A DNA stretch of 64,000 nucleotides from Myxococcota bacterium (GCA_036337435.1 JAYZEG010000063.1:1-64000); one strand, 5' to 3'; positions 40,269 to 51,313 are shown, counted from the first letter of the stretch. Notes: a model not told the origin generated them from the sequence alone. Program-made: numbers and translations.

Positions 40269-40843
40269 GGTGTCTTAGGCTTTGGCTGCTGTACGCCTTT
40301 TAGGGGAAAACTCGGATCAACGAAAACGGTCTTTACTTGGCGCAGATAAACACATGCATCCGGTCCCTTTTGTTTGATTGGTTTGGTCTGCGCGAGCAGT
40401 TCGACGCGGCCCACTTGCGTGAATGGTATGTCGATGTTTTCTACGTTAACTTGGCCCTTGGCTCGTTCAACCAAATAGCCGCCACGTTTTATGACCTGTT
40501 GCAGATACCGCCTCTGGGACTTGGCTTTGCAAGACGGTGTCGTGACCACGCGTTTTTCGGTGTTGCTGCACAAGTCCTCTGTTTCGGTGGCATCGACGAC
40601 CAACTTGAGACCTGGAAGGCAAACGACATCTGCCGTTTCCAAGCGGCACTGTACGTGCGGGCTCAGATTCCGCAGCACCGGTTGAGAGATTCCCTGAATA
40701 CCTCGGCAGTCTACAAGGTTTTCCTGAGTCTTTGTTTGAGCCGATGCCGAAACGGAAAACAGCAAGATAAGTAGGGACAACTGAGTCCATTTATCAGTGG
40801 TTTTGCAGACGGAACGAGATGTGCCTTTTGGTCGACTGCTCAC
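40265..40843 (-). CDS. Secreted hypothetical protein with six Cys
   Basis: Signal-like LSLLILLFSVSASA; overlaps the TBDR start; start placed at GTG 40843, just past the upstream stop. Confidence 0.55.
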   Translation of the reverse strand: MSSRPKGTSRSVCKTTDKWTQLSLLILLFSVSASAQTKTQENLVDCRGIQGISQPVLRNLSPHVQCRLETADVVCLPGLKLVVDATETEDLCSNTEKRVVTTPSCKAKSQRRYLQQVIKRGGYLVERAKGQVNVENIDIPFTQVGRVELLAQTKPIKQKGPDACVYLRQVKTVFVDPSFPLKGVQQPKPKTP

Positions 40844-40847
40844 TGGA

Positions 40848-41759
40848 CTAGGGCCACCTATACGCTCTGAGAGTTTGAATCTCGTCAAAGGATGCTTCGA
40901 ATCCCGTGGCGTCAACAAAACGCTGGTTGTCGATAACGACGGGATATTTGATATGATTCAATGAGCCTTTCGGCAATCTTGAGAAGCCGAAGCGCCCGAG
41001 TATCGCTGGAAACAACGGCTCGGGGACCGGGATCGAACGGCACCCCGCAATTCGGCACAGCAGGGCGAGCGGGACTGGCGGTGGACCCGATACATTAAAC
41101 ACCCCCCTCAGTTTATTCTTCAAACTGGTGAAGATGGCCATCGCCGCATCTGCTTCATGCATGAAATGGAATAAAGGGTCAAAGCCCATGACAGTCGGTA
41201 CTTTCGGTCCGCGCAAGTAATTGGCTAAGGTGCCGCGCTTTGAAGGGCCGAGTGAATAGGCGAGTCGAAGCACGGCAGTCTCGACGCTTGGTCGTCGCCA
41301 AATTGAATTTCCTGCGTAGAGGTCAGCTGCGACTAAGTCTGCAAGGTTAGGGAAGGTGCTTCCAGCCATCAGCGGTTCGTCCTCATTGCGATACAAGGGG
41401 GCGTCGGCCGCGGCACCATACACGGTATGTCGGCCGACAAAGATGGCGTGCTTGACCCCATAATTCTCGCAATAGTCCCAAACGGCCCTGGTTCCGCCCA
41501 AATTGATTCGGTAGCGTTCCTCGCTGCCTGCGCTGACATAGGTCACCGTAGCCATATGAATCAGGGCGTCAGGTTTGTAGGTCCGAAAAACGTCTTCGGC
41601 CGGCCTTTTACGCATATCGACTCGGAACATTTGAACTCGAGCTGGGCAGTCTGGCCATGGGCGTCGGTCAAGCCCCAGAACGTCATGACCGTCGTTGACG
41701 AGCAGGTGGACAACTTGACGTGCCAATGCCCCACTCGCGCCAGTAACAACCACCTTCAT
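40848..41759 (-). CDS. NAD-dependent epimerase/dehydratase family protein
   Basis: [35 protein letters not shown]. Confidence 0.85.
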   Translation of the reverse strand: MKVVVTGASGALARQVVHLLVNDGHDVLGLDRRPWPDCPARVQMFRVDMRKRPAEDVFRTYKPDALIHMATVTYVSAGSEERYRINLGGTRAVWDYCENYGVKHAIFVGRHTVYGAAADAPLYRNEDEPLMAGSTFPNLADLVAADLYAGNSIWRRPSVETAVLRLAYSLGPSKRGTLANYLRGPKVPTVMGFDPLFHFMHEADAAMAIFTSLKNKLRGVFNVSGPPPVPLALLCRIAGCRSIPVPEPLFPAILGRFGFSRLPKGSLNHIKYPVVIDNQRFVDATGFEASFDEIQTLRAYRWP

Positions 41760-42565
41760 GTTTTTTCCCCAAGGGCCTGCCGCCCGTCCACGATCAGTTC
41801 TGCTATGCGGCTCCTAACCTCTTTGACATAGCCTTCAATAACGAGATCTGATTCGGTGCCATCTCCCTCGAAAAGGATCGGTTCGCCGTAGTGTATTCGA
41901 CAGCGAATCGGCAGCGGAACTGGAAGAAGGTAGGGTGGAACCGGCCAGTAGGGGACTCCGACCAGCTTGGCGAGTGACTTGGCATGGAACATCGCGGGAA
42001 ATGCTTCTTCACCCCCGACGTAGGCGAACGGGACGATGGGGGTTTGCGTTTTCAGGGCGATTCTCATGAAACCCGTTCCGAATCGAACGAGCTTGTATTT
42101 GTCTTTGTAGAGTTTTCCGATGCCGCGCACACCTTCAGGAAACGCCATCAAGAGCCGTTCGTCCTTGAGCATACGGATCGCGTGCTCAGGAAGCCCCGTA
42201 AACTGACCAATGCGGGAGAACCAAGAGGACAGAAAAGGAATCGTTTGCGCGAACTTCTCTACCATCCCGTGAATGTATCTCGGTGGATTTAAATCAAAGA
42301 ACAACGATGCCATAACCATTCCACCGTCTGCGGGAAGCGAGCCCGAGTGATTACCAATCAACATGGCTCGACCTGTCGGCGGGATATTCTCGAGACCAAC
42401 AGGGGTCACCTTAAAATACTGTTTGTAGAAGAAACCCAGCATCGAATAGAAAACGCCCAGGTGTTCCCGCGATATGCCAACAGGATCGTGGCCGTATGCA
42501 TTAAAGTCCAAGTCGAGGCTGTCGAGACGCGTTTGGACCTCTTCATGAATTAAATGAGTGAGCAT
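41756..42565 (-). CDS. Lysophospholipid/glycerol acyltransferase (PlsC superfamily)
   Basis: NHSGSLPAD (extended HX-D motif), FPEG, GFMRIAL...PIVP. Confidence 0.9.
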   Translation of the reverse strand: MLTHLIHEEVQTRLDSLDLDFNAYGHDPVGISREHLGVFYSMLGFFYKQYFKVTPVGLENIPPTGRAMLIGNHSGSLPADGGMVMASLFFDLNPPRYIHGMVEKFAQTIPFLSSWFSRIGQFTGLPEHAIRMLKDERLLMAFPEGVRGIGKLYKDKYKLVRFGTGFMRIALKTQTPIVPFAYVGGEEAFPAMFHAKSLAKLVGVPYWPVPPYLLPVPLPIRCRIHYGEPILFEGDGTESDLVIEGYVKEVRSRIAELIVDGRQALGEKT

Positions 42566-42698
42566 GGGTTTTACCCTGATCCGATCGACAACAGAGTGAG
42601 TTTACGTTGGCCTTGTTATTATCGACCAGCTTCATAGAGTTGTCCATTGAACTCTTACGGAGTAAACAAGACCCGTTCGACAGAGGAGAGCAGACCCC

Positions 42699-43475
42699 AT
42701 GAATCACGTTACAGTTGTGACCGGAGCATCATCAGGGATCGGTGCCGAACTCGCCAAGCAGTTGGCGTCGGCTGGGCATTCGGTTGCGTTATTGGCGAGA
42801 CGTAAAGATGAGTTAATGGCCCTTGCAGATGACATCATTCGAGCCGGTGGCCGCGCCGAGGTCTTTCCTGTCGATGTTGCAGACCGAGGTGCTGTGGTGG
42901 AGGCGATGAAAGAAATCGAATCACGGCTGGGACCGATCACAACTCTGGTCGCCAATGCTGGAATTGGTGACTCAACTCCAGCGAACGGATTTAGGTCGGA
43001 CAAAGTCGAGCGAATTATTAGAGTCAACTTGCTGGGCGTGGTCTATTGCATTGAATATGTCCTGCCCGGCATGCTTGAACGCGATCAGGGTCATATTGTT
43101 GGCATTGGCAGTTTAGCTGGCTATCGAGGCCTACCGGGCTCGGCTGGTTATTGTGCATCGAAAGCCGGATTGGCGGCGCTGCTCGAATCCCTTCGTATTG
43201 AACTTCAGAGTACAGAGGTTTCGGTCACCACCATTTGTCCGGGCTTTGTGAAGACGCCCCTAACCGCTCGAAATCATCATCCCATGCCCTTCATTCTGGA
43301 GCTGGACGATGCGACGCGCCGCATTGTCCGGGCCATGGCAAAGAAGCGCACAGAGTATGCCTTCCCGTGGCCACTTGCCTTCACGGTGAAACTCGCCCGA
43401 TTCATTCCGAACAGGCTCTATGACCGTATCCTCAAGAATCAGTCGGCTCAGAAGGAACCGTCGAGCACAAACTAA
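42699..43475 (+). CDS. Short-chain dehydrogenase/reductase
   Basis: TGASSGIG, NAG, YCASK, PGFVKT; SD GAGGAG. Confidence 0.92.
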   Translation: MNHVTVVTGASSGIGAELAKQLASAGHSVALLARRKDELMALADDIIRAGGRAEVFPVDVADRGAVVEAMKEIESRLGPITTLVANAGIGDSTPANGFRSDKVERIIRVNLLGVVYCIEYVLPGMLERDQGHIVGIGSLAGYRGLPGSAGYCASKAGLAALLESLRIELQSTEVSVTTICPGFVKTPLTARNHHPMPFILELDDATRRIVRAMAKKRTEYAFPWPLAFTVKLARFIPNRLYDRILKNQSAQKEPSSTN

Positions 43476-43480
43476 TGTGT

Positions 43481-44113
43481 CTAGTCGAGTAGCCAATCAT
43501 GTTTTAGACTGCCGTTCCGTCTAAATCGCGCCGGTCCGGTGCGTGTCACGGCCTGTCTGCGCCTGAGCCACGCTTTGAAGGGCCGGGGCGCCACGGGTTG
43601 CCCCAAGATTTGGCTGTAGAGTTGCCGAGCTTGTTTTGTTCGGAACGTCGCTGGAAGCAGTGCGAGAGGATAGGTGTCGACGTTGATTCGCTGTCTGAGG
43701 TGGACTATGGCGGCATCTAACATATCAGCCAAATTGCGTTTCAATTGCGGCCTTGTTGAGAGCGGATACCAGTCCGATCGACCACGCTGATCATTGAGTT
43801 TGACGGCGTGATTTGGCTTTAGGAGACCCAGAAAGGTGAGGCTGACAGACCAGTCTTCGTCGTCTTGAACAGACGGCCATAAAGAACTCAATTCGGCGAG
43901 TTCAATGATGTCCTCGTCAAGGTCGAATCCCAGGAGGTGTTTCAGAGTCTGACGTGGTGTCTCACCATTGAGTATTACGGCGGACGGTAGGGTCAAAAGA
44001 CCATTTTCATCATCCTTGGGGGACTCGATGAAAAGACCTTCGAGTTGGCCTTTCGTATACCGTAGGATGACGACGTGTACGGTCAGTGTTGGCTTTGAGT
44101 CGGATGTTTTCAT
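43481..44113 (-). CDS. NrtR-like protein (degenerate NUDIX plus winged helix)
   Basis: TVHVVIL...LPSAVILNGET; ALLPATFRTKQARQLYSQILG...FKAWL. Confidence 0.65.
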   Translation of the reverse strand: MKTSDSKPTLTVHVVILRYTKGQLEGLFIESPKDDENGLLTLPSAVILNGETPRQTLKHLLGFDLDEDIIELAELSSLWPSVQDDEDWSVSLTFLGLLKPNHAVKLNDQRGRSDWYPLSTRPQLKRNLADMLDAAIVHLRQRINVDTYPLALLPATFRTKQARQLYSQILGQPVAPRPFKAWLRRRQAVTRTGPARFRRNGSLKHDWLLD

Positions 44114-44203
44114 ATGTGCCAGAGTACTCATCCTCGGTCCGTCAGGAAAGGGGGCTCGCTTTTCGAGTGTACGCCAACGTCAAAATTTCCGATAATCAAC
44201 GGT

Positions 44204-45550
44204 ATGCCCGCTGGTTTTTTTTACTCATTTTTGCTGTTCCTCTGTTTTGCCTGTGCATCTGGCGAACCCCGCCCATACATGGAGATTATAACGACGCCAA
44301 CCGATCGTGATGTCACTGCCCAATCAGAGGTTGGGGTTGGTGATGGGGGGGGACTCAACGATTTTGGTGGTTTTATTGAGCTAGAGCCAAATCGAACCGT
44401 CTTTTTGATTGTTGACCAACAACCGTACGAGACGGGTTTTAGAGGGACTTTGATTCCGCCACATCGGCCGGCTTATGAGCATCTGGATGAGCTTGATAAG
44501 ATCGAGCCAACGGTCCTTGTTGCTGTTTGGGATGGGCCGGGGTCCATACGTGATGACCAGCTAAAGAGCTTGTCAGCTAGGCGTTGGCCCATTGTTCCTT
44601 TTTACCGGCCTAGCGCAAATGGACTGCCCTTGAATCGGGATGAGGTTCTGGCGAATCTGCAGGTCCTTCTGGAGTGGCTCATCAATAGCCCTTCTCCGTA
44701 CCGCGTCGATGGTAAGATCCTGGTCGCCCTGGACTTAAGCGACGCTCTCCAGCCTTATTCAGACGACCTTTTAAGCTTTGTCGAGACGGCGGCTGAATTC
44801 AATCTACTGGTTAAAGTGTCTAACCCCGATGCAGCTCCGTTCCAGGCTCTCGGTTATTGGACGACCTGTCATGACGCCATTGATGTGCTTGATGACCGAC
44901 AAATACCGTGTGTCGGGCCCAAGCAAGGTCGCGGTTCATTGGATCCTGAATCGGACTTTGCAAATCGCCTCGTTGAAGCCAGATTGCTCAGTGACGCTGG
45001 CCATCGACAACTCCTGGTTGATGGGCTTGGCCGCTGGGATAACGATGGACAGCTCGATTCGGTCGTTGGTTCGGACACGGTAAGGCCGGAAGGACTGACT
45101 GGCGGTCAGCTTATCAAAGCGTATGGAGAAGGCCGAGTTCAGCAAGTGAGACGTATGTTAGCCCGCTCTCAAGACGGCAACTTTATTTCGTTTTTTGACC
45201 AAGACGTTGACTTAGTTGGACGTGGTGACTTGAGAGTGGACACTCGAGCTGGCGCGCTCCAATTTAAGCTCAGTCCAAGTTCTGAATACGTAAAAGTGCT
45301 GTTGAATTCCACTCCCTTTGTTTTATTTCCCACGACTCAATGTGTAATTCAACGAATCAGTGAGGGCATGAGTTTGCAATTTCGTTTTGCGACCGGCGAG
45401 ATCCAGACATGGCACCATCGCTCGGATCAGGCTTACACGGCCTTTTTGGTTGGACGGGTCATGCGACGAGTCGAAGACGTTATCATCGAGTATCGGGGTG
45501 CCACCATCGAGGCAGTGCCCTCGATTGATGGGTTGATTTGTGGGCAGTGA
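44204..45550 (+). CDS. Hypothetical lipoprotein, possible degenerate GH99/GH71-like barrel
   Basis: Lipobox-like CFAC after a hydrophobic stretch; PYRVDGKILV and LLVDGLGRWDNDGQLD segments. Confidence 0.5.
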   Translation: MPAGFFYSFLLFLCFACASGEPRPYMEIITTPTDRDVTAQSEVGVGDGGGLNDFGGFIELEPNRTVFLIVDQQPYETGFRGTLIPPHRPAYEHLDELDKIEPTVLVAVWDGPGSIRDDQLKSLSARRWPIVPFYRPSANGLPLNRDEVLANLQVLLEWLINSPSPYRVDGKILVALDLSDALQPYSDDLLSFVETAAEFNLLVKVSNPDAAPFQALGYWTTCHDAIDVLDDRQIPCVGPKQGRGSLDPESDFANRLVEARLLSDAGHRQLLVDGLGRWDNDGQLDSVVGSDTVRPEGLTGGQLIKAYGEGRVQQVRRMLARSQDGNFISFFDQDVDLVGRGDLRVDTRAGALQFKLSPSSEYVKVLLNSTPFVLFPTTQCVIQRISEGMSLQFRFATGEIQTWHHRSDQAYTAFLVGRVMRRVEDVIIEYRGATIEAVPSIDGLICGQ

Positions 45551-45652
45551 TGTTTTCTTTCCCAGCGCGAGTTGAATCGAGACAGGTTTCACTCTCGCGC
45601 TGTTGGCATTCTCGGTATAGTCTAAGGAGTCCGAACGAGCTGGCATGATCGA

Positions 45653-48600
45653 TTGAGCGACAAAAAAGAACCATACGATACGAGCGAGCGCATCGAGCAG
45701 CTGCGCGGTGAGCTGAAGAGGGATCCTGGCTCCCACGCGTACGTCGAACTGGCGCAACTGTATTTAGAACAGGGTGACTTGGTCTCAGCCCGCGGGGTGG
45801 TTCTTGACGGACTGTCTCTCGACTCCAGACATGTTGCCGGCCAAGTGATGCTTGCTAAACTGGACCTCACTCTTGGTTTTTATGACCGGGCAGAGCCAAC
45901 GCTCAGACGAATTCTTCAGGCCCGGCCTCAGAACGTGGAGGCGACCTTATTGCTGGTCGACCTCTTGAGCATCACTGAACGTCAAGAAGAAGCCGTCGCT
46001 TTGTTGCGGACTAAAATCAGGCTGTTTTCAGATTCAGCTTTTGTCTCGAAATTACAGGAAATGACAGGGTCCGGTCAGGTGAGCATGTCCTACCCAGTCA
46101 CGGGTGGTGCCACTCAGATGTCGCGCTACGTAAAGTCTTTGACGAAACGCTCTGAGTTGAATTCTCGGACGGGTGAAGAACCCCCAACCGAAGAGGTCGC
46201 AGCACCCGTTACGTTGGTCAGTCAGCTGAAAAAAACGGATACCGATGACGCCCAAACCGAGAAAACCGAGCCACCGCGTCAGGGGGCAGCGGTTGTTGGA
46301 CGCGAGACGGCGCCCAACCCGCAGCCACTTGGACCCGATGTAGCGTACCCAACTTTGGGCAACAACTCAGGCAGACCAACGCTCAGTGTTCCCGATACAA
46401 CCAATCAAATTGGCCCAGGCCCGGATGAGATTGTTCTGCGTCCGATGGTGGGTGCACCAACCACGCCCATAGATCCCACCCAAGCTGCGGGGCATGATGG
46501 GCGGTCACAGGAGGCCCAGGAGCAGACCAATCAGGGGTCTCATGGGATTCCGGAGCCACCGACGCTGTCAGATTTTGGCGATTTGAATGCCATCTCTGAT
46601 GATCGGGTCGTATCCAAGAGGGCTGATCGGTCTACAGGGCGTGGCGATTATCCCCAAGAAACTGATCGTCTCGAAATTGACGAATCTATCGGCGGTGAAG
46701 AAACCACCAATAATGTTCTTTCGTCCGGCGGAAAACCGAGGCGAGTCGGAGAGGGCGAACGGTCCGATTTTATTGATACCGAACCGCGTCATCCCCTTGA
46801 CCAAAAAACCAAAAATTATGTCCGAGAACCAGGTCATATGCCGCTTAGCCCCGCCCTGACAGTCGAGGCTGCCCGCGCCAATGATAAACACCTGCCGGCG
46901 CGTGTTCTTGAAGAGCCGAAGACCGTAGAGCGGACATCAGCAGCCGAAGCTCCAGAACCAACCCAGCGTCGGGCAGGCCAAGATGCTTTTTTTGCGATCC
47001 GAATCATTTTACTCTGTTTCATTGGTTTGGCAGCACTCACATCGATCTTTTCTGTGAGCCAATATCGGACGAGCCTGAGCAATGAATTGGATGCATATGA
47101 CCAAATCAAGGCGAGTATTCAGGATGGAAACTATGCCAGTCGTAAACGGGCTTTTGATTATTTCGTAAATCAACATCAATTGCCCTTTCTGGCGGCGTCG
47201 GCTCGGAAGGTGGTTAATTGGTTTGGTCCCAGTGCCTTTGACCGACTCAAGGCTGACCAAGACGCGTTTCGTGACCGTCTGACCCAGGAGCTGATCTACA
47301 TCTACGGGGAAGCTGGGCCTGTGGCAGACACGTCGAAAAAGACCTCGTTTCCATCTATGGCAGGTCGCAATGACCATGTCATCGCGCGCATTTTGGCTGC
47401 GTTGAAGGCGGGTCGCATAGATGAAGCTGAAAATCGACTCAACGAGCTGAAAGACATCCCCGAGCTTGCTGATGATAATGCGTGGATCGCAGCGCTCGTA
47501 TTCGTCGAGAAGGGGCAAATTCAAAGCGCAATTGATCGACTGCGGGTGTCAATTCGAGCAAATCCGAATCATCCCCATGCCCTGCCGACTTTGGTCAAAC
47601 TCACCAGCTCTCTACGGGATCCAATCCCAACGCTGGAGACGTATCGAAGATTGCTCAATGATCAAAAACCAAACCACATTTCGTCTCAGATTGATTTTCA
47701 GGCGTTTCGAATTAGGTTGGGTAAAAATACAAGTTTAGCAACGCAGCGCCTGCGCGAACTCCTGACCCGTGATGGTGAACTTTCAAGTTTGCAAGAAGCG
47801 ACTATACATCAGGCGTTGGGCGAACACTTTGTGACCAGCAATCAGCCAGACGCGGCTAAACGAGCCTTTGAAAAGGCCATTGAACTCCAGAAACAGCGCT
47901 TTGAATTCGCGAGCCCTTTGGTCGCCTTACTGCTCGCGGAGTATGCGCTGGATGAAGCGGGACGTTTGCTTGAACACTATAAGGATGACGTCACACCCGA
48001 CGTTTCTGCTCAGCTTGCCGAGCTACAATATTTACGCGGTTTTCCGGAAAACGCGATCACGATTTTGGGGGCTGGCCCCTTCGCTGATGTCTCAACTCGT
48101 CTGCTCAAAGCGAAAGCGCACTTGGCCATTGCCCGTCGACAACCGAGGGCAGCGAAAAGTCATCTAAATGCCGCAGAACAACTCTACCTGGACCTGATGA
48201 ACACAGAGCGGCAGACGGCAAATCGCGCTCGCATCGGATTGGCATTGGTCCGGGTATTAAGTCGGCAAGAGGACAGCAAGGCACTGCGTCAGTTGGGGCA
48301 GCTGCGCGATGGTGTTGGGAACGCGTGGGACCGAGAAGCAAGGGCCTTCGTACTTTTAGCCTATGGCGAAGGGTTAATGACCCGTCAATTGTATCAGCGA
48401 GCGAAGACACAAATCCAAAGTGCCCAGCAATTGATTCCTGAACGGTACGAAGCGCACTGGGTTCTGTGCCGGCTCTATGACCTCATGTTGAGGTCCAAAG
48501 ATGCGATTTCGCACTGTCGTTCAGCGCTGAAGAACCCGCATTTCGAGCCAGCCCGAGTAAAAATGTCTCAGATCGCGATGAAATATGGTGCTCACGGAGA

Positions 48601-49450
48601 TGTCATCGATGCGCTCATGCCCTTGGCGCGAAATCGGCGTGCCACCGATGCCAGTGTTCGCCGGCTTGCAGCCAGCCTAATCGCCGGCGGGCGAATGGTC
48701 GATTTAGAAGCCCTTAAAAAACGCGTTGGTGATTCATGGAACGGTCGTGACCATGCTTTCGTGAACGGATTACTTGCATCGAAAAAAGGCGACGACGAAC
48801 GCGCCAAGAGCGAGCTTTCTCGAGCATTAGAGGCGTATCCAAAAGACGAATCCGTCGTGATGTCATATGCTCAATTCTTCGCATCCCGGGGTCGTCGTGA
48901 CCTGGCCTTGGCTGCTCTTAATGGTCTTTCGCAGCAATCAAAATATCACCAGCTTGATGTTTTATCGGCTCGGATCGCCGCGGAGATTGGAGATTCGAAA
49001 GCGGTCTTTAAGTACGTCAAGCGTGGACTTGAAAAAGCCAAACAGGGCCATGCATCCCCTTCATCGATCGCCAGTGCCTATGCGTTGAAGTCGCAGGCCC
49101 TGCTGATGAGGCGTGGAAAAGAGAGGGTTCGGCGTGCGCATATCGCCTCTCGGCGTGCCCTGGCCCTTGATAAAAATCATCCGGACACGATTCTTGCGGC
49201 TGCATTAGTATCCGAGGCGCGTGGTAAATTCTCCAAAGCCATCAGTTGGCTACAGCGTTTGGTCGCAGTGGCACCTCAGAATGCGAAAGGGCATTATCAT
49301 CTCGGCCGTGTCCTGAGCATGGTTGTGGACGCTGAAGTCCGCGCGCGACGCCCGCTTGAAACGGCCATCAGACTTGAGCCGGATGGAATTTGGGGCCACA
49401 AGGCCAAACGTGTAATGAGACGCTTAAAACGTCGTAATCGTCGACGGTAA
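45653..49450 (+). CDS. Large bitopic TPR protein: N-terminal TPRs, disordered linker, TM, many C-terminal TPRs
   Basis: DPGSHAYVELAQLY; TM IILLCFIGLAALTSIFSV; APQNAKGHYHLGRVL. Confidence 0.8.
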   Translation: MSDKKEPYDTSERIEQLRGELKRDPGSHAYVELAQLYLEQGDLVSARGVVLDGLSLDSRHVAGQVMLAKLDLTLGFYDRAEPTLRRILQARPQNVEATLLLVDLLSITERQEEAVALLRTKIRLFSDSAFVSKLQEMTGSGQVSMSYPVTGGATQMSRYVKSLTKRSELNSRTGEEPPTEEVAAPVTLVSQLKKTDTDDAQTEKTEPPRQGAAVVGRETAPNPQPLGPDVAYPTLGNNSGRPTLSVPDTTNQIGPGPDEIVLRPMVGAPTTPIDPTQAAGHDGRSQEAQEQTNQGSHGIPEPPTLSDFGDLNAISDDRVVSKRADRSTGRGDYPQETDRLEIDESIGGEETTNNVLSSGGKPRRVGEGERSDFIDTEPRHPLDQKTKNYVREPGHMPLSPALTVEAARANDKHLPARVLEEPKTVERTSAAEAPEPTQRRAGQDAFFAIRIILLCFIGLAALTSIFSVSQYRTSLSNELDAYDQIKASIQDGNYASRKRAFDYFVNQHQLPFLAASARKVVNWFGPSAFDRLKADQDAFRDRLTQELIYIYGEAGPVADTSKKTSFPSMAGRNDHVIARILAALKAGRIDEAENRLNELKDIPELADDNAWIAALVFVEKGQIQSAIDRLRVSIRANPNHPHALPTLVKLTSSLRDPIPTLETYRRLLNDQKPNHISSQIDFQAFRIRLGKNTSLATQRLRELLTRDGELSSLQEATIHQALGEHFVTSNQPDAAKRAFEKAIELQKQRFEFASPLVALLLAEYALDEAGRLLEHYKDDVTPDVSAQLAELQYLRGFPENAITILGAGPFADVSTRLLKAKAHLAIARRQPRAAKSHLNAAEQLYLDLMNTERQTANRARIGLALVRVLSRQEDSKALRQLGQLRDGVGNAWDREARAFVLLAYGEGLMTRQLYQRAKTQIQSAQQLIPERYEAHWVLCRLYDLMLRSKDAISHCRSALKNPHFEPARVKMSQIAMKYGAHGDVIDALMPLARNRRATDASVRRLAASLIAGGRMVDLEALKKRVGDSWNGRDHAFVNGLLASKKGDDERAKSELSRALEAYPKDESVVMSYAQFFASRGRRDLALAALNGLSQQSKYHQLDVLSARIAAEIGDSKAVFKYVKRGLEKAKQGHASPSSIASAYALKSQALLMRRGKERVRRAHIASRRALALDKNHPDTILAAALVSEARGKFSKAISWLQRLVAVAPQNAKGHYHLGRVLSMVVDAEVRARRPLETAIRLEPDGIWGHKAKRVMRRLKRRNRRR

Positions 49451-49522
49451 CCAGTGTCTCATTGCACCCGGGGCCGGTCCTTGGTTATAAACGCTCGCAG
49501 CGATGTTTACTGGAGAGCTTTG

Positions 49523-50764
49523 ATGTCGATACTCAATGGGGAAATGGGTGGCTTCTCAGACGAAGATTTTGATGTTTACCGGCCAGAATGTTGGTCGAGC
49601 AACCGCTTCAACTTGCCTCGAATGCGAACCAAAGAGCGCGTTGTCGAACTGACAAAGTCCATCGCCGACCTCTTCCATGACATCGACTTTCGGTCCGATG
49701 CATCATCGGAAATACCCAGTGTCTGGAATGGTCGTACGGTCAAAGACCAGTGGGGCTATTGGTTGAGGGATGAGAATGCACAGCGAACACTTCAGCCGAT
49801 TTTGACTCAGCGCCTTGATTTGGCGACGCGCGTAAAGGCGCCTGCTGATCACTTTAAGCATCTGTTATTTTGCATTCGTCTATCACATGAGTCCTTGGCC
49901 TTAGGGTTGAGGTTGAGTCGATATGCAACCGTTGACCTAGAGAATTTCTTGAGTCGGTCTCAAATTGACGTAGATGGGTTGGATACCGCGATTGAATCTA
50001 TCTCCGATGAGGTCAAACTTGATGGAGAGGCTGTTGACCGAGTCGCGTTACTGGCCGCGGCTGGTGATCTAAAGCTCGGTGACCGCGAATGGCTAGATCT
50101 GGTTCAAATACTCGACCGAGATGTTGTCATTGATGGTGACCTAGACATCCCCGCCCTGCTTTCGAAAACGGCCAGCTCGCTACTGCCACTATTGCGTTAC
50201 ATTTTGTGGGCACCCGAAAACGACCATATCGACATCAGCGCAGAGATTAGTTCCTTCACCAAGCAAACGGAGGCACGAACTGAGGCTGCGCGCAATGCCG
50301 CGGAAAACAAGCAGCAGGCTCACGCGGAGCGTGCTCAGAAAGCCCGAGACCGAACGTCGGCTAAAATGGATGCTGAAGCGGCTTGGCGACAAATGCAGGC
50401 GAAACGTCGCTCAGCGCAAGCAGCGACGACGACGGAAGACGGCACCGAATCCACTCCGCCCCAGAAAGCGCGGAGTCAGAACTCGACCGAGACGCCGAAA
50501 CAGCCTCGTCGCAAATCGACGAGAACCGCTTCGTCGACGGCCAAGAAGAAACCGGCTCGAAATCCATCTAAGTCGGTCAAAAGTATGAAGCGATCTGGAC
50601 CTGCGCCAGAGTTCAAACCTGGCCAGGCGTGCATTTTGAGTCGAGGGCTGTTTGCCGGTAAACGAGGCGAGATCGTCTCATCTGACAAACCTGGCTACTA
50701 CAAGGTAAAAGTGGGCCTACTCGAAGTCAGTGTCAGCGGATATGACTTACAAGCAGATGTTTAA
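49523..50764 (+). CDS. Hypothetical protein with YktB/DUF1054-like N-terminus, coiled coil and C-terminal KOW motif
   Basis: GFSDEDFDVY start; FKPGQACILSRGLFAGKRGEI KOW-like tail; SD GGAGAG. Confidence 0.6.
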   Translation: MSILNGEMGGFSDEDFDVYRPECWSSNRFNLPRMRTKERVVELTKSIADLFHDIDFRSDASSEIPSVWNGRTVKDQWGYWLRDENAQRTLQPILTQRLDLATRVKAPADHFKHLLFCIRLSHESLALGLRLSRYATVDLENFLSRSQIDVDGLDTAIESISDEVKLDGEAVDRVALLAAAGDLKLGDREWLDLVQILDRDVVIDGDLDIPALLSKTASSLLPLLRYILWAPENDHIDISAEISSFTKQTEARTEAARNAAENKQQAHAERAQKARDRTSAKMDAEAAWRQMQAKRRSAQAATTTEDGTESTPPQKARSQNSTETPKQPRRKSTRTASSTAKKKPARNPSKSVKSMKRSGPAPEFKPGQACILSRGLFAGKRGEIVSSDKPGYYKVKVGLLEVSVSGYDLQADV

Positions 50765-50806
50765 GCCCTAGACGACCTCGAGTCCGGAAGACGCGGTTCG
50801 CTTGCG

Positions 50807-51268
50807 ATGACGTACCTCATTATCACTGCACTCGCTGTTATTTCGCCCGTTTTGGCGATTGCCGAGCCCATTGCGGTCATCGCAGGCTTATCGACGAAAG
50901 TTGAGTGGTGGTTGGTCGCTCTATGCCTTGCGACAGGCCAGACAATTGGATTTACTCTCATGTATTTCTTCGGCGAGTTTTTTCTCGCTAAGTGGACTTG
51001 GCTTTCACAGAAATTAAGGCGAGTTAATGTGGCAGAATACGCCCATAAGCGGCAGTTTTTTACCAGCTTGGCGAGCCTCTTTGGTGTGCCGCCCTTGACG
51101 GCCCTTGCGTTGGCTGGTCCACTGTATGAACCCAGGTTTGGTGGGTTTATCAGCCTTGTTTTCGGATGTCGATTGACACGGTTCCTCGTCTTTGCTGGCT
51201 CGGCGACGGCACTCATGGGTTATGTCGACCGGTCTATCATCCCCGAATGGTTGACACCCTACCTCTAG
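50807..51268 (+). CDS. Small membrane protein (VTT/DedA/YqaA-like)
   Basis: Hydrophobic; ATGQTIG..LMY..G, GVPP, GCRLTRF. Confidence 0.65.
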   Translation: MTYLIITALAVISPVLAIAEPIAVIAGLSTKVEWWLVALCLATGQTIGFTLMYFFGEFFLAKWTWLSQKLRRVNVAEYAHKRQFFTSLASLFGVPPLTALALAGPLYEPRFGGFISLVFGCRLTRFLVFAGSATALMGYVDRSIIPEWLTPYL

Positions 51269-51313
51269 GCGCAATGCTGGCTTGGACAGATGGGTGGCAC
51301 CGAGTTTGAGACT

